The notes under the pieces: generated by a model | What the model was told of the DNA's origin: nothing | Seen by the model: the letters and a program-made list of their open reading frames with translations, nothing else | Database searches by the model: none | Shown: in pieces, positions 40,604-54,371 of the stretch | How the letters are laid out: every line of letters begins with the position of its first letter | Position numbering within the stretch: the first letter of the stretch is position 1 | Made by a program: the position numbers and the translations under genes | NCBI GenBank assembly: GCA_951406725.2 | Contig: OX597828.1 | Coordinates: 1,178,001-1,242,000 of the forward strand | Length of the DNA: 64,000 bases | Direction: 5' to 3' | Origin: Octopus vulgaris | Lineage: Eukaryota

Positions 40604-40789
40604 CGTTACCAGCATCGCCTAACTGGCACCTGTGCCGGTGGCATGTGTAAAAAGATTCGAGCGAGTTCGTTGCCAGTACTGCCTGACTGGCCCCCTCAGT
40701 CAAAATTGTCCAACCCATGCTAGCATGGAAAGCGGATGTTAAACGATGATGATGATGATATATATGTATATATAATTTATTTATGTGTA

Positions 40790-41420
40790 TGTCTTTGTGT
40801 CTGATTTTCTCTTCACTATTGCTTGACTGCTGATGTTGGTGTGTTTACAAAAGATACTGATAAAATAAGCACTAGGCTTACAAAGAATTAGTCATGTGGT
40901 TGATTTCTTTGGTTAAGGTGGTGCTCCAGCATGGCTACAGTCAAATGACTGAAACAAGTAAAAGAAAAGAACAAAAGCATACACACACATTTACATATGA
41001 GTGGGGCGTATGGTCGTTTGAGAATTTGTTTGCAACCACGTTTTTTTCAGGTTCAGTTTCAGCCTATCATCTTGGACATGTGTCTGACCAAAGCTTTGTG
41101 GATTGTGCCTGATGGAAATTAAAAGAAGTCTGTTGTGTGTATGTGTGCTTGTGTTTGTGTAATGTTTTTGCTTTGTGCTGCCTTTTGATATGGTCAGCAC
41201 ATTCTAAATAAATCCTTTTGTCATACAAATGGTGTCATTTGTTAGCAATCTTCTATGAAAACATGCCTGGCCATTGTACTGCTTGTTTGAAAGATTAAGT
41301 GAAATATTACCTTACTTGGAAACAGGTGAGTGTTGGTTACAGGAATACTGTCTGGCCATAAAAAATCTGCTTCCATGAATTTTACCGAACTCATGCAAGC
41401 ATGGAAAATTGGGCATTAAA
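40790..41420 (+). mobile_element. Decayed SINE fragments
   Basis: GGTGGTGCTCCAGCATGG...GACTGAAACAAGTAAAAG 3' end and a tRNA-like head at ~41000. Confidence 0.55.
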
Positions 41421-41585
41421 ATGACAATGATTTGCGTGTGTGTATGCATGTCTATGTGTGTCTTATCTGTATTTTTTTTAGAGAAGTTTGTATGCTATGG
41501 GAAAAGTAATTTGACATCTTAAGACTACCCTTATTCCTGAAAGTAAAAATATCAAATGAAAAATGTCATGCAATAAGACACATAC

Positions 41586-41845
41586 TCTTTTACTTGTTTC
41601 AGTCATTTGATTGCGGCCATGCTGCAGCACCGCCTTTAGTCGAGCAAATCGACCCCAGGACTTATTCTTTGTAAGCCTAGTACTTATTCTTCCGGTTTCT
41701 TATGCCGAACCGCTAAGTTACGGGGACGTAAACACACTACCATCGGTTGTCAAGTGATGTTGTGGGGGGGGGTGCAAGCACAGACATACAAATATACACA
41801 AACACACACATACATATATATATATATATACATACATATATATAC

Positions 41846-41888
<43 letters not shown>

Positions 41889-42040
41889 GCTTCTTTCAGT
41901 TTCCGTCTACCAAATCCACTTACAAGGCATTGGTTGGCTATAGCAGAAATACTTGCCCAAGGTGCCACGCAGTGGGAATGAACCTGGAACCATGTGGTTG
42001 GTAAGCAAGCTACTTACCACACAGCCACTCCTGCGCCTAT
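41586..42040 (-). mobile_element. Full-length tRNA-derived SINE with internal (TA)/(CA) run
   Basis: Reverse complement begins GGCGCAGGAGTGGCTGTGTGGTAAGTAGCTTGCT...GGTTCATTCCCACTGCGTGGCACCTTGGGCAAGT; same family as 57804-58183. Confidence 0.88.
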
Positions 42041-42289
42041 TTTCTTTTTGATATAAGTCTCATAGTGTCTCACTATTAATTGCATTCTTTCATGTGGTGC
42101 ACACATACACAGACCTAAAAAGAATGCATGCTCTTCCTCTTTCTTTCTCTTTCTCTAATCCATGTACCTCCCCTACAGTAAGACATTTGTTTCAGTCTCA
42201 CTGTCTCATTTCAACCTTTTATCATCTGACACAAGATAACCTTCTCTAATGCTCTTTCCCCTCTCAAAAATTCCATGTCTTGCAAAGTT

Positions 42290-42600
42290 ACTTGGTGACC
42301 ATACCAATGCAGGTGCTACTTAAAAAGCATCCAGTCCACACCGTAAAGTGGTTGGTATTTAGAAGGGCATCCAGCTGTAAAAACCATACCAAAACTGACC
42401 TCACCTGTAGTAGTGCCATGTAAAAAGCACCCAGCCCACTCTCCAGAGTGGTTGGTGCTAGGAAGGGTATTCAGCCGTAAAAAACCATGCCAAAAGAGAC
42501 ACAGAAGTATGGTGCAGGCTTCTGCCTGGCTGGCTCCTGTCAAACCATCCAACCCATGCCAGCATGGTAGGAGGACATTAGACAATGATAATGATGATGA
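42290..42600 (+). mobile_element. RTE-tail-derived fragment/SINE
   Basis: GAAGGGCATCCAGC.GTAAAAACCAT...CCAACCCATGCCAGCATGG...GATGATGA. Similar pieces at 20476-20686, 40604-40758, 46430-46735 and 47708-48008. Confidence 0.7.
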
Positions 42601-42669
42601 CCTTTGTTGCACTAGAGAATCAGAAAGTCAACCATTCTCATTCATTTCAGTAATGTGGCTGCTGTAACT

Positions 42670-45600
42670 GAGAATTCCTTATCCTCACAGACAAAGAAAG
42701 CACCAACACCTAACACCCAATTTGGATTCTTTTTTTAAATATTGTAGAAAATAACAATTTTAGGGATGCAATCATTGATGTTGGTACAATGAAAAGGAGG
42801 TCTGGTGAGATTATCAAAATCATGGAGCATCACCATTTCAATGTGTGTAGTGTGCAAGAAGTGAGATGGAGGGCAGGGCTCTACTAGATTCCTCCTTCTG
42901 GAAAGGCAAGAGTGATGGAGTGGGTGGTGTGGGCATATACTCTTAGCAGAAAAGTGGGTAGATACTAATTGAGCTAGTCAGAATATGTGATATGGTTATT
43001 AAGACTTATCATATATAACTTAAAAGTTACAATTATCTCTGCCTATGCTCCACTGTCTGGGTTAGCTGATGAGCAGAAGGACCAATTAATTCTATGAGGT
43101 CCTTCTGTAGACTACCTCAACGACAAAGACAGAGATTTAGTTATTGTAGCTGGTGACTTCAGTGGACTTGTTGGGTAGCATCCCCATGTATTCCATGGTA
43201 TGTATGGTGGTTATGGCTTTGGCCCCAGGAATGAGGAGGGAACAAAGTTACTGGAGTTCTGTAATAAAATGATCTCATGATCTGCAACACTAACTTCAGA
43301 AAACCAGCCAGCCAGCCACTTAATCACTTATCAGTCAGGTGGGAACATAAACCAGATTGATTACCTCCTCACCAAGCAACAAGATAGGCAGATGCTCACA
43401 AATGTAATGTCTTTTCCTGGTACATCCCAACATAGGCTACTAATTAGTGACTTCAAAATTAGGGCTCATCATCATCATTGTTCGATCATGGTCGAGACAA
43501 TGGAATTTACTATGTTACACCAGACTTCACGGTCCATCATAGCATTACCGAGGCCCTGTTGCTGGATGCCTGTATCCTTGGAGATTACATCAGAGTAGGA
43601 GAGTGTGTGTCCTCTGGTATCGCGAGCATATGGCTTCCAGAGGAGAAGAGTAGAAATTACCGACAACATCCCAGCTATAATTTAGAAGGATGATAGATTT
43701 CACGTACTTTTGCTCAATCTTTGCAATCACATACTTTCCACCTTTATAGCTTCAAAGATTTGGCACCAATCTCAAATCATCCCAATACCCCAAAAAAGGC
43801 GATTTATCCCTCGTCACCAACTACAGGGGTATATCTCTATTGTCAATTGCTGCAAAATTGTACAACAAACTGGTTTTAAACCGTCTTGTCCCTTTTGTTG
43901 AACTTTTGCTCCGAAAGAACCAAAATGGATTCAGACATGGGCACTCAACGTTGAGCCAAATACTATGCCTACGCAGACTTATTGAAGAATCAAAAGCATT
44001 TAATTGCGATCTTGCAATGGTGTTTGTAGACTTTTCTAAAGCATTTTGACTCTGTAGAATAGGTACAAGATGTTTGAAATCCTTAAGCTCTATGGGATTC
44101 CAGACAAAATCATCTCTGCCATCAAGGTTCTCTACACAGATACGTCTTAAACCATCTTAACCCCTGATGGGGAAACATCTTTCTCAATCAAAGTCGGAAT
44201 ACTGCAGGGAGACACACTCGCCCCATTTCACTTCATCATTGTCGTTGACTATGTGCTACGTATGTCAGTTGATACCGTTTCTGGTAAGGGCTTTGAAATA
44301 AAACCTAGAAGTTCCAGACACCCAGCTGAAATTAGGGCTAGAAAGACTCAGAGAAATAAACCATACTGGAATAGAAGATTATGGATGCTCAAAGACTCCG
44401 CAAACTAACAGAAATTTAGAGACATTCTAATGGAAGCCTTTGATGATAGAGAGGAGGAGGTGGTGGGGATATATAGCTTAGAGGACAATTGGAAGTTCCT
44501 GCGGGACAATCTACTGGGGACCGCTAACCAAATCTGTGGCTTGTGCAAAGTCCCATCAGAGTTGATAACAGTATAATAAATAAGGCAATTAAGGATATGA
44601 AGACAGGGAAAACCCCTGGATCATCAGGAACCACTGCTGAGATGGTTAAAATATCTGGTGGTCTATAAGGAAGTTAGGAGTAGACAGTGGTGAATTTAGC
44701 ATACAAGTAGGGGTTCATCAAGGCTCAGTTCTTAGTCTTCTCTTATTCATCATAATCCTTCAGGCTATAATGGAGGAATTCAAAACTGCATGCCCATGGG
44801 AACTGCTATATGCTGATGACCTTGCTCTTATTGCAGAATCTGAAGCAGAATTGAACAAATTCCCGGTATGAAAGCAAAACCTGGAATCAAATGGCCTTAA
44901 TGCTAACCTGGCAAACACTAAAGTTGTTAGCAAGAAAGCAGATAAGACTCTCTTTCCATCAGGTAAATGGCCCTTCTCAGTAGGAAAGCAGTGGGAAGTA
45001 ATTCCATTCACTGCACTCAGTGAAAGCTATGAACACATAAGAGATGCAGTGGAACCACAGGTGGATTAACAGATAAGGTCGCCTTCATGTGTGGCAGATG
45101 TGCAGGAACATTAAGCACTAAGTGCACACGGAACTTAGACTCTCTCAGATACCCAAGAGACTCTCTTGAGGTTGTAAATAGCTTCTGCTACTTAGGTGAC
45201 CAAATTAGTAATGGTGGTGGGTGCTCTGAAAGTATTGTTTCTAGAATAAGAATAGGGTGGAGGAAGTTTTGGCAGCAAAAGGGCTCCCTCTCAGAGTGAA
45301 AGGTAGTTTTTAAACTGCGTGTCTATGAACGACTATACTCCATGGTAGTATAGGGCTCTGAATGCAGAGGAAGTGTGTAGACTAGAGAGCAATGAAGGTA
45401 GTATGCAACATCAGTGTGCATGACCAACAAAGTGCAACTGTGTTGAGAGAAAAGTTGGGTATAAGAGGAATTAAATGTGGCATGCAAGAGAGGACATTAT
45501 GTTAGTTTGGACATGTGATGCGTATGAATGAAGACAGCTGTGTAAAGAAGTGTCAGTTGCTGAAAGTTGATAGCACCTGTAGAAGAGGGGGATCCAGGAA

Positions 45601-45720
45601 GACATGGGATGAAGTGGTGTGGACCAGTCTTAGGATGTTGGGGCTCATGGAGGAGATGACAATGGAATGAGATGTCTGGTGATATGAGTTTCTAGAGAGG
45701 ACCTGCCCACATCAGCAACA
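42670..45720 (+). mobile_element. Old, heavily decayed RTE LINE interrupted by another RTE-like insertion
   Basis: Broken APE, RT (GVHQGSVLS, LLYADDL) and C-terminal motifs. Confidence 0.85.
43467..44328 (-). mobile_element. 5'-inverted RTE-like insertion (different family)
   Basis: 11-bp TSD AAATTAGGGCT at 43456-43466 and 44329-44339. The 3' end with (GAT)n tail is on -, the RT fragment (NYRGIS, QNGFR, FVDFSKAF, GILQGDTLAP) is on +. Confidence 0.85.
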
Positions 45721-47041
45721 CTGAATGCCAGAAGCATTGTGTCCTATCCACATGTAACAATAAAATTTTCACACCTCCTCCCCCAACAAATCAAACTGCA
45801 TCTCCTCTCCTAAACTGCATCTTTTCTATTCCTTTTTATACCCTATGATTATTTCCCACTCCCTATCCCTGCCCTCATTGCTCTGCTCACTGTATCACTG
45901 CATTACCCTCTCCTTCTTTATACTTAGGTTCTCACCAGTCACTGCAACCCCACTCCCTACTTGCGCTTTCTCAACAATACTTGACGATGTATATTATGAC
46001 CTCCATACCTTGAGGGCATGCCACCATTTATGTCGCTGTTCCTTACTTTACAATCCCATCTATGCTCAGATTCCTGTTCCTTCTGAGTATTCCCTGGCAC
46101 TTCACCACCATCTCTCTCTTGCTCTCTTTTGCACTCTTGCTGTCTCCTACTCCCCCCCCTCTCTGGCTGGCTAGCTTGATAACTATGTATCTCCTCTATG
46201 GCAGCACACCTGTTTCTGCCCTCATTCTTGTTACTTGTCCCCTCCCCCTATCTTCCATTCTTTCCCTTTCTCTCTTCCTCTCCCTCTGTCTGTCTGTCTC
46301 TGGGTGGATAACCAAGTACCTCCTCTATAGCAAGATACCTGTTTCTGCCTCTCTAGCCTTTCATCATCTGACACTAGATCTCCTCCTCTAATGTCTCCTC
46401 CCCTCTCAAAAAGTCATTGTCTTGGAAGTTACTTGGTGACCATGCCGGTGTTGGTGCTATGTAAAAAGCATGCAGACCTCACTGTGAAGTAGTTGGCAAT
46501 TGGAAGAGCATTCAGCTGCAAAAAGCAGGCCAAAACTGACCACCTGTGCTGGTGCCATGTGAAATGTGACGTGGAAGTCCACTCTGTGGGGTGGTTGGTG
46601 TTAGGAAGGACATCCAGTCGTAAAAACCATGCCAAAACTGACACAGTAGCCTGTTGTAGTCTTCTACCTGGCCGACTCCTGTCAAGTGTCCAACCCATGT
46701 CAGCATGGAAGGCAGAAGTTAAATGATGATGACACTGATGATTTAAAGCTGTACATTAATAATAGCTTTCATCATCTTTATAATACAGATTTTGATTGTT
46801 TATAGCTCATGTGTAGAATGGATATTGCAACCAGTGCTTCTACCGGACTACTAATAATCTTTGTATTGTTTCATTCAGTTAGACCATATTGTGTTACATT
46901 TCAGTCACCATAATTCACCTTTGCAATCACCATAATGGGTTAGTTGTTTCAGCAATATTGCTCATCTAGAAAAAAAAACGTTTCAAGTTTTAGTTTTTTG
47001 TGATATGAATTGTAATTAAAAATTTGCTTTTTTTGTTGCAG

Positions 47042-47168
47042 AGGCAGTAATCGACAGTCATTCAAAAGTGAGGATGACACTGACAGCGAGGTATTGGATC
47101 ATGATTATAATATATCATTCAGTTCAAGCAATAAAGTAATAAATAAAGGCCGATGGACTAAGGATGAG
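47042..47168 (+). CDS. Myb: Myb-family transcription factor, exon 2 (acidic DHDY region and start of repeat R1)
   Basis: Polypyrimidine tract and CAG acceptor. Translates GSNRQSFKSEDDTDSEVLDHDYNISFSSSNKVINKGRWTKDE then donor GTAAAT. Compare c-Myb SSDEDDEDFEMCDHDY...GKTRWTREE with an intron at the same position. Confidence 0.9.
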
Positions 47169-49028
47169 GTAAATAATCATTCATTTGTAAAAGTGTTTTT
47201 GCTTTCTCCTGGATACTATTGAAACAATTGTTTTTGACAGATAAATGCTTTTCCTTCTGCTAATTACTTCAAAAATGAATTTTTTCATGCTCCTTCAATA
47301 GAGCTATCTGGAAGAAAGCTGTTGGGTGAGGGCAGGAGAGAACAGGTAGTAAAATACACAAGTGCTAATAATTTTTAGCTGTAGATGTTGAATTTCACCC
47401 TTTCTTTACTATATCTCTAGGTAAAAGATGTATTTTAATTAAATTCTAAAATATTTAAGAATTTAAAGTTGGTTTTGTAAACAACTATAACTTTTTGTGT
47501 TTTGGGAGAGTCATGCCAATAACTCATGCACTGGTCTGTGTGTTATTATTGGCATGATTGCCCTTCCAAGGCTCAGTGTGTGTGTGTGTGTTATAATTAT
47601 TGGTGTAATGAGCTTCCCAAGACATTGGATTTGTTTCAACTCACAATCTAGCAAACCAAATACAAAAACTATAGTTTTTTTTTTTTTTTGTTTTTGATTT
47701 TTAATAATGTTGGGCCTCACGGAGGCGATGACAAGTGACTGAGACCTTTGGCAATATGCTGTGCTTGTCAAACCCAGTGAAATTGTAATTGCGACCATTG
47801 CCGGAGTCATGTAAATGGCACCTGTGCCAAAGACATATAAAAAACATCCATTACGCTCTCGGAGTGGTTGGCATTAAGAAGGGCATCCAGTTGTAGAAAC
47901 CATACCAAATCTGACCTGGTGCAGCCCTCTGGTTTATCAGTTCCAGTCAAACTGTCTAACCCACACCAGCATGGGAAACGTCAAATGACAACGACGATGA
48001 TGATGATGTTGTTTTGAGCACTACAAAAAGCTCTCTTACAATTTTTGCCCGAAAGATGCTCCAATTACAAGTAAGTACAAGTAAAATCAGTAACATTTAT
48101 CCCCACTTAAATGTAGATGTTCTGTTAAAACAGACTATACTGCAGCTGATACCATGAGAGAAACTGGTTTCTGGTGCAAAAATTACTCACATCACTAGCA
48201 ATATAATCAGGCATGCTTTTTGCACCAGAAGCGTTTGTGAATGATATCTTTTGAAAAGATTAGCACCACAACACTTGTCTTATTGAGTTCTATCATATGA
48301 GGTAAAAAAAAATTTATAGGTTTTGAATTTGCTTTTAGGCATTACCACTGTTTTTCAGCACATTTGGCCCCAGTAGTTTTTCTATTAAAAACTTTTTTTG
48401 ACATAATTTACATCATCAGATTCCTCTAATGAGATCTATCAGAAAAGTTGAATTTAAATATAGTTTTCTTTTGAAATAAGAATAATATTTGGAGTCAAAG
48501 TCAATTTCAGGTGTTAATCTCCTTTTTTTTCCGCTAGTTTTTACCTCAGTACTTTTTGTCTACTGAATACTTTTGCATGGATAGATTCCACTTGCCAAGA
48601 TCTATCATATAGGCTAAAATAAAATATAAATTTAAAAAAAAACAACTAAAAAATAAACAAGCAAAAAAACATTTGGACTCAGTTGATTTCAGGCTTTACA
48701 CACCTGTTTCTGACCTGACATATTTACTGAAACTTTTTTTTCTACCAAAGCATTTTCAAATTTTATAGCTGAAAGTGTAGCTTAGGATGTGACCAATCTA
48801 AAAATGTAAGCATCATCTGGTTAAAAACTGAGTTAGTGGCAAAGCCTAGAAGTGGTCGCGAGTGATTAAATGTTGACCTTAAAAATATTATTCATACACT
48901 ACTGTGTGTGAATGATATATATATGATTAGGTTTTATAAATATTTCTCAAATTTACTTTGAATTTTTTGTTTACCTGTAATTTTAATTTGCCTGTAAGGT
49001 GAGTAACAAGTTTTGATTTAATTTCTCT

Positions 49029-49392
49029 TGTAAACAAACATAAGTTTGTTTTTGAAGTGTTGAAATGTATTGTAGACCAAGTAGAAAGATATATTTTTCA
49101 ACACATAAATACTGAACAGTATATATAAAGGATAAAATCCTTTTAAGAGCAGAAAAATTTGCTGGCAACCAGCTTTGAGGATCGAACTCACACCCCTCCA
49201 ATATCCGGTTGGAGTGCTCTCTCCTTTAAGCTAAACTGCTGACCGGTGAATAATTCTTCAATTTTAGAAGTTATAAAGTCATCCAGAAATGCTAGATGTC
49301 ATATAGAGAACGTCATATGTAAACAAACCTAAGTTTGTTTTTGAAGCACTGAAATGTATCGTAGAACAGGTAGAAGGATGTATTTTTCAACA
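49029..49392 (-). repeat. 289-bp-period unit (75-bp direct repeats) enclosing a tRNA-like sequence
   Basis: TGTAAACAAAC.TAAGTTTGTTTTTGAAG...TATTTTTCAACA at 49029-49103 and 49318-49392. Confidence 0.85.
49168..49240 (-). pseudogene. tRNA-like cloverleaf (pseudo-tRNA or SINE head)
   Basis: AGCAGTT-TA-GCTT(AAAGGAGA)GAGC-A-CTCCAA(CCGGATA)TTGGAG-GGGT-GTGAG(TTCGATC)CTCAA-AGCTGGT, followed by TTTTT. The anticodon arm is non-canonical. Confidence 0.65.
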
Positions 49393-52300
49393 TGCAGGAC
49401 AGTTTCACCATCCTGCTTGCATCTTGCTCAAACCATCAATGGCGCACACCCATGTCTAAAGACCTTTTCTTGAACCAGTAAAGCTCCTCTGTAACATTGG
49501 CAGGCCAGGGACTTTTGGTAATTATCCATAGGCCCCGGCCCAAATGTTCTTTGGAACAGGTTGGCCAGTTGATCTTTGTCGAAGCCCAGAGTTTCTCCCA
49601 GGACGTCGTTACACTTAATCTCTACTAACCCTTAAACTTAAACTCAACTAACGAGGTAGTACACCCCGCCATCGGCATTGCCTGACTGGGAGAGAAGCAC
49701 GTGTGCCTGATGGCACTCTGCATGCCACACACCCAACCTCTGTCTATACTTTATCTATGGGTTCAGTTTGGTAAACGATGTGAACTGTGGAAACAACAGC
49801 TTGATGAACAGAGACCACATCTGCTCACCGTCCAGGTAAAACCAGAGGTGCCTAAGAGGTGTCTGCGCATTTTTAGCCACAGCATCCCTAGCCCACCCTT
49901 CAGTGGCTTTTGGCAGCAGATGGAGCGCCTTACAAGAGGTCTGCTGCCCCTCCACAAAAAGCGAAAGAGCATGCATTCCAGTTTGTTCAGCCACGAATCG
50001 GTCAGGTAGTAGGTGATTACAGAGGCGATAAACACCTCTCCAACCTCCGCCCTCCCTTTCAAGGACAGCCTCCGCTCAGACCAGGTCTGAGTTAGGAGTG
50101 CTACCTCGCTCCAATTCCTCTCTATCTGGAGATCTGGACCTAACCAGACTCCAAGCATTTTTACTGGCCCTTCCATCCAATGTCCCACGACGCTGTCGGA
50201 AGGCATTGACTTGCCCCTACAGGTGCCGGTTTGCAAGCCGATCAATTTATTCCAGTTGATTTTCGCTCCTGCCAGCGTTTTGTAATCCCTTAAGGCCTCA
50301 CCTACCCACTGTAGGTGCTTGACCTGGGATACGATGACAGTGATGTTGTCCGCATATGCTGAAGTTGACTTTCCACACCCTAGATCTTGCGGAGCATCCC
50401 TCATAGCTTCCAACCTCCTCGGCAATGGCTTGAGGGCCAAAACGTAGAGAAGTGGGGAGAGGGGGCACTCTTGATGTACTGAATGTTCAATGCTGAATGG
50501 CTCTGAAAAGAAAACGTTCACCTGAACTACTGATTCAATGTTGCTGTATAAAGCGTTAATCCATCTGTGGACGGTCGGCCCGAAGCCAGCCGCCATGAGG
50601 ACCGCCGCCAGATACTGATGGTCTACCCTGTTGAATGCTTTCGATTGGTTTAAATAGACCATACCCCCACCCTTGCCAGGAATCCTATTTACCCTTTCTA
50701 AGGCATAGCGTAGAAAGTGGAGATTGTCGTGGATGGTCCTGCCAGGGATGGTGCAAGGTTGTGCCTCGCCAACAAATTCACCCATGACCTGCACTAACCT
50801 TTTTGCTAAAACCTTGGCCAAAATCTTCAACTTTGCATTAAGCAGAGTGATGGGCTGAAAATTATCAATTAAATCACCCTTGTTTGGGTCCTGTTTTAGT
50901 GCCACCACCCCTTGGCTCACAGACTTGGGAATTCTCTCGTTCTACTGCCTGTTGGTGTACACGCATGCAAGTAGGTGCCCAAACAAGTCTGGCATGCTAC
51001 TATAGAGTTTGTAAGGCAGACCATTGAGTCCCGGCAATTTGTTCCCACTGCAGTCTGCCAACACATCTTTGATTTCCTTGGCTGTGATTGGCGCTTCACA
51101 AAATTCTGCATCCCGCCCCGACAGATATGGCAAACCGGCCAGGAAGTCTGCAAGCTTTTCCTTGTGCTCCAGTCTGCCACTCCTCATGAATATTTGGGTT
51201 CATTTACTGATCGACCATATGGGTCCGTCAAAGATCGAATGGTTGAGTTGTTGCCACACTGGCTCTCTACCACCCGGGCCCATCCGGCCACGTTGATCCC
51301 TTCCTGTCTCATTGCACGTATCTTAGCCCTGACAATGCACCCTTCGTGTTTAGCATTGAGATGTTGGTCGAGTGCCAACCTTGCCGCTAACACTTTCGAT
51401 GCACCGCCTGACCTCATTTCCTCGTCTACTGCCTCAACTAGTTCCTTTTCTACTTTGTTTCTAGCACTAGCTAATTCTTTTCTAAATATAATTGACTCAA
51501 ATTTGATGGCTCTTTTCCAATAGCGACTTGTTTAGCTTCCAGTAACTGGTACCTCGTCTTCACATACTATCTAGGTCGTGCGTACAGGTCAGTAATTTGT
51601 GATTGATGTAGCTGACGATATGGTGTTGTGGACATCTAAGTATTTTCTTATCTTTCTTTCTAGTAATGATTCTATCTATGTAAGATCTGGACTACCCGTC
51701 ATTTCTTGCCCAGGTCCATGCTGGAATGTCTGGGTGGCCCAGTCTGAATCGATCTGCCAACTTAAAATGACTTAGCAGATCGTTGAGGTAAGGGTATCCC
51801 CTCCTATTCTTTCTCGAGCCAACATAATTTATGCGGGCATTGCAAATTGTGTTGAAGTCGCCGAGCAATAGTAACGTGTTCGACATGCCAAGAAAATTCT
51901 GTCTGGCTTTTCCTTCACAGGGAGCATAGACAGCGACCAGCCTAAACACTTTACCACTGCTGTGCGTCACATCCAAAACAACCAACCTGCCTTCTGGATC
52001 TATAAAGACAGTTCTAATCACTAAATCCATGTTTTTCCTGACTAGTACTGCCACTCCTCGCCCCCTCCCAGTTGGCAGGGAGAAACATATTTCTCGTAGC
52101 CGTTTAGAAGGGGCGAAAAAGCCTGCAGCCCACTCAGTTTGGATTCGGTAATTACAACTACGTCCAAACGATGCAACCCAAGGTCGTCAAGGAGGCAACC
52201 TTGCTTCCAATCCGACCCCAGACTGCGTACATTTAAACAACCGACTTTAAATGAGAATGTGAAAGATAAATCATATGTTTAAAAATTACTGTTTTAATGG

Positions 52301-53967
52301 GAGAGAGGGTGTAGTTTCACCCTCCTCATTTCTGTCTGCAAGTGTTGAGGTTTGCGAGGTCATTTTTTTAGAGAATTGCCTGTACAGATGGCTCGAAAAG
52401 TTCATCTGTAACAGGCTGATGTCCTCCGCAAAAGATTTTTTTAGTTTGAAATAGTCTGTGTTGTCGATAATATAAAACTCGACATTTGCAAGAATTGTTT
52501 AAATCTGTTTAAATCTATTTAAATCTGTTTAAATCTATTTAAATCTGTTGCGATATATTTTTTCGACGACTTCATTAAAACAATTTGGTCTCTCAAGAGT
52601 TTGTTATTTTTGTTTATCGCTGTGAAGTTGTTTCTCTTTTTTTTTATTAGGCGATTGTGGAGGGGTATGTGTGTGTGCTTGTAGATGCGTAGGTGTTTGT
52701 AGGTGTCTGTGTTTGTGTGTCCTTTTTCCAGTGTGTGTGTTTTTTTGGCTAAGTGTGTGTTTGTGGGTGTGCTTTCTCTCTCTCTCTCTCTCAGCATAGT
52801 CCTGTGTATCCGAAGAGGGGGGGTCGTTTCCGTCTTCTTTTTGAAGGTTCCATGGTGACCCACTCCTGGTGTTGTTGTTGTTTTCTCCCGCTGTCAACTG
52901 TACCTCAGTAGTTTGTGCGCGTGACATGATTGCTATTTCTAGTGGTGTGGTCATTGTCTTCATTGCCTTTTCTGTTGTGTTTCCTTTGATTGTTTCTTTT
53001 TTCTTACAGTTCGACCTTATGTGGCCTTTCTCACCACATTTATAGCACCTCAGCTTTCGCCCCTCAACTACCACCATCAGGCTGGTATCTTCCTCAATTA
53101 TAATTGAACAGGGCATTTCTTCTCAATCGATGGGGTTTGCTTGAATGAAGAGCTCTAAGGCTTGTCCAACCCAGTTCATGTGGTGGTATCTCTTCGCCCG
53201 TAGAATGGTAATTTTTTCCTCTCTGCCCATGAGGATAGCAGCTACCAGCCAGGCCACATATATTTTGGGTGGTATATCACTGACCCTAACTTTGGAAGTT
53301 CTCCTTCCTAAGTTGACTTCAATGTCATTGTTGAATGTTCTCTGGCTTTTTCTTCGATAGGGAAACGCACTGCCGAAGCAACTACCCCTTGCTATATAAC
53401 TTGTTTGTTGCCATATTGGCCTCAAGCATTTCTCTATGGCTTCCCTCGTCACGAAGTCAATTTTTCTATTTTTGATGTGGTAAGTCTTATATGTTTAGTG
53501 TTTTTCTCTCCGTCATGTTGATTAATTCACTGGGGGGTAGCAGCTTCATATTTTCACCTTGTAGTAAACTTTGATATTTTAAAAAATCTTCCTTGCTTAT
53601 TTCAATATTTTCACAGGGGCGACTTGCTGCATTCACAAAATTAACTCTAGATTTTTCTTGTTGTGTAGCCTCACTAAACATTTTATCGTCAATGACATTG
53701 TAGCGAGTGCATGCGATGCTTCTATATCTTTACCGCTATGCCTTGAAACAAAATTTCAAAGATTTCCTTGGACTCGGAAGAAATTGGTGGCAAATTCATG
53801 TTTTTAGCTGTTTCCTCCTTGAAACAAGGGGGAAAAGACAGCAAAATTCTGCTGTAACAGCAGAAAAGAAGTGGTCTCGATGACCAAAATGGTAAATTTT
53901 CACAATCTTCAGCATAAAGACAATCTTTCACAGTGGAGCAAAGAATAACACGGCCAAAAAACAATTC
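49393..53967 (-). mobile_element. Tx1-type LINE, 3'-truncated, decayed
   Basis: ORF1 with CYKCGEKGHIRSNC knuckle; APE (LVAVYAP, GDFN); RT ORF 50920-49763 (QSKAFNRVDH, CPLSPLLY, AYADN). Ends within the C-terminal CxxC region. Confidence 0.9.
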
Positions 53968-54371
53968 CAGTGGCAGAAGTCACTAGAAAAACTCTTATAT
54001 ATTTGCAAACAGGCCTTTTCTTTCATCGTGATCTGGTGATTACCACCCGTTAATAAGAGGCAATAACCTCGAAACCATGGTCTGGTGCGTATCACTTAGG
54101 CTTACGAGAAAGGGATGGCCTCCCTTTGCAAATACCATACCAGCTGGAGACGATGATCTTCTGGGGCTAAAAAGCTACAGTAACACCCCCCTTTGTGGTT
54201 AGCCATATTGAGATGGCTATTATACTTTACATTGTCGAGCGATTACTGTTTACATCTCGTTCTGAGATTTAATAATGCTTACAGACAGTTTTTTTGAAAT
54301 CAGTGGCAGAAGTCACTAGAAAAACTCCTATGTATTTGCAAACAGGCCTTTTCTTTCATCGTGATCCGGTG
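53968..54371 (+). repeat. 333-bp tandem unit with hammerhead (retrozyme-like): unit 1 plus 5' part of unit 2
   Basis: CAGTGGCAGAAGTCACTAGAAAAACTC at 53968 and 54301. The rest of unit 2 resumes at 61089-61343. Confidence 0.9.
54036..54095 (+). ncRNA. Hammerhead ribozyme copy 1 (G5 mutated, probably inactive)
   Basis: GTGATTACCACCCG-TTAATAA-GAGG-CAATAA-CCTC-GAAA-CCATGG-TC-TGGTGCGTATCAC. Confidence 0.7.
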
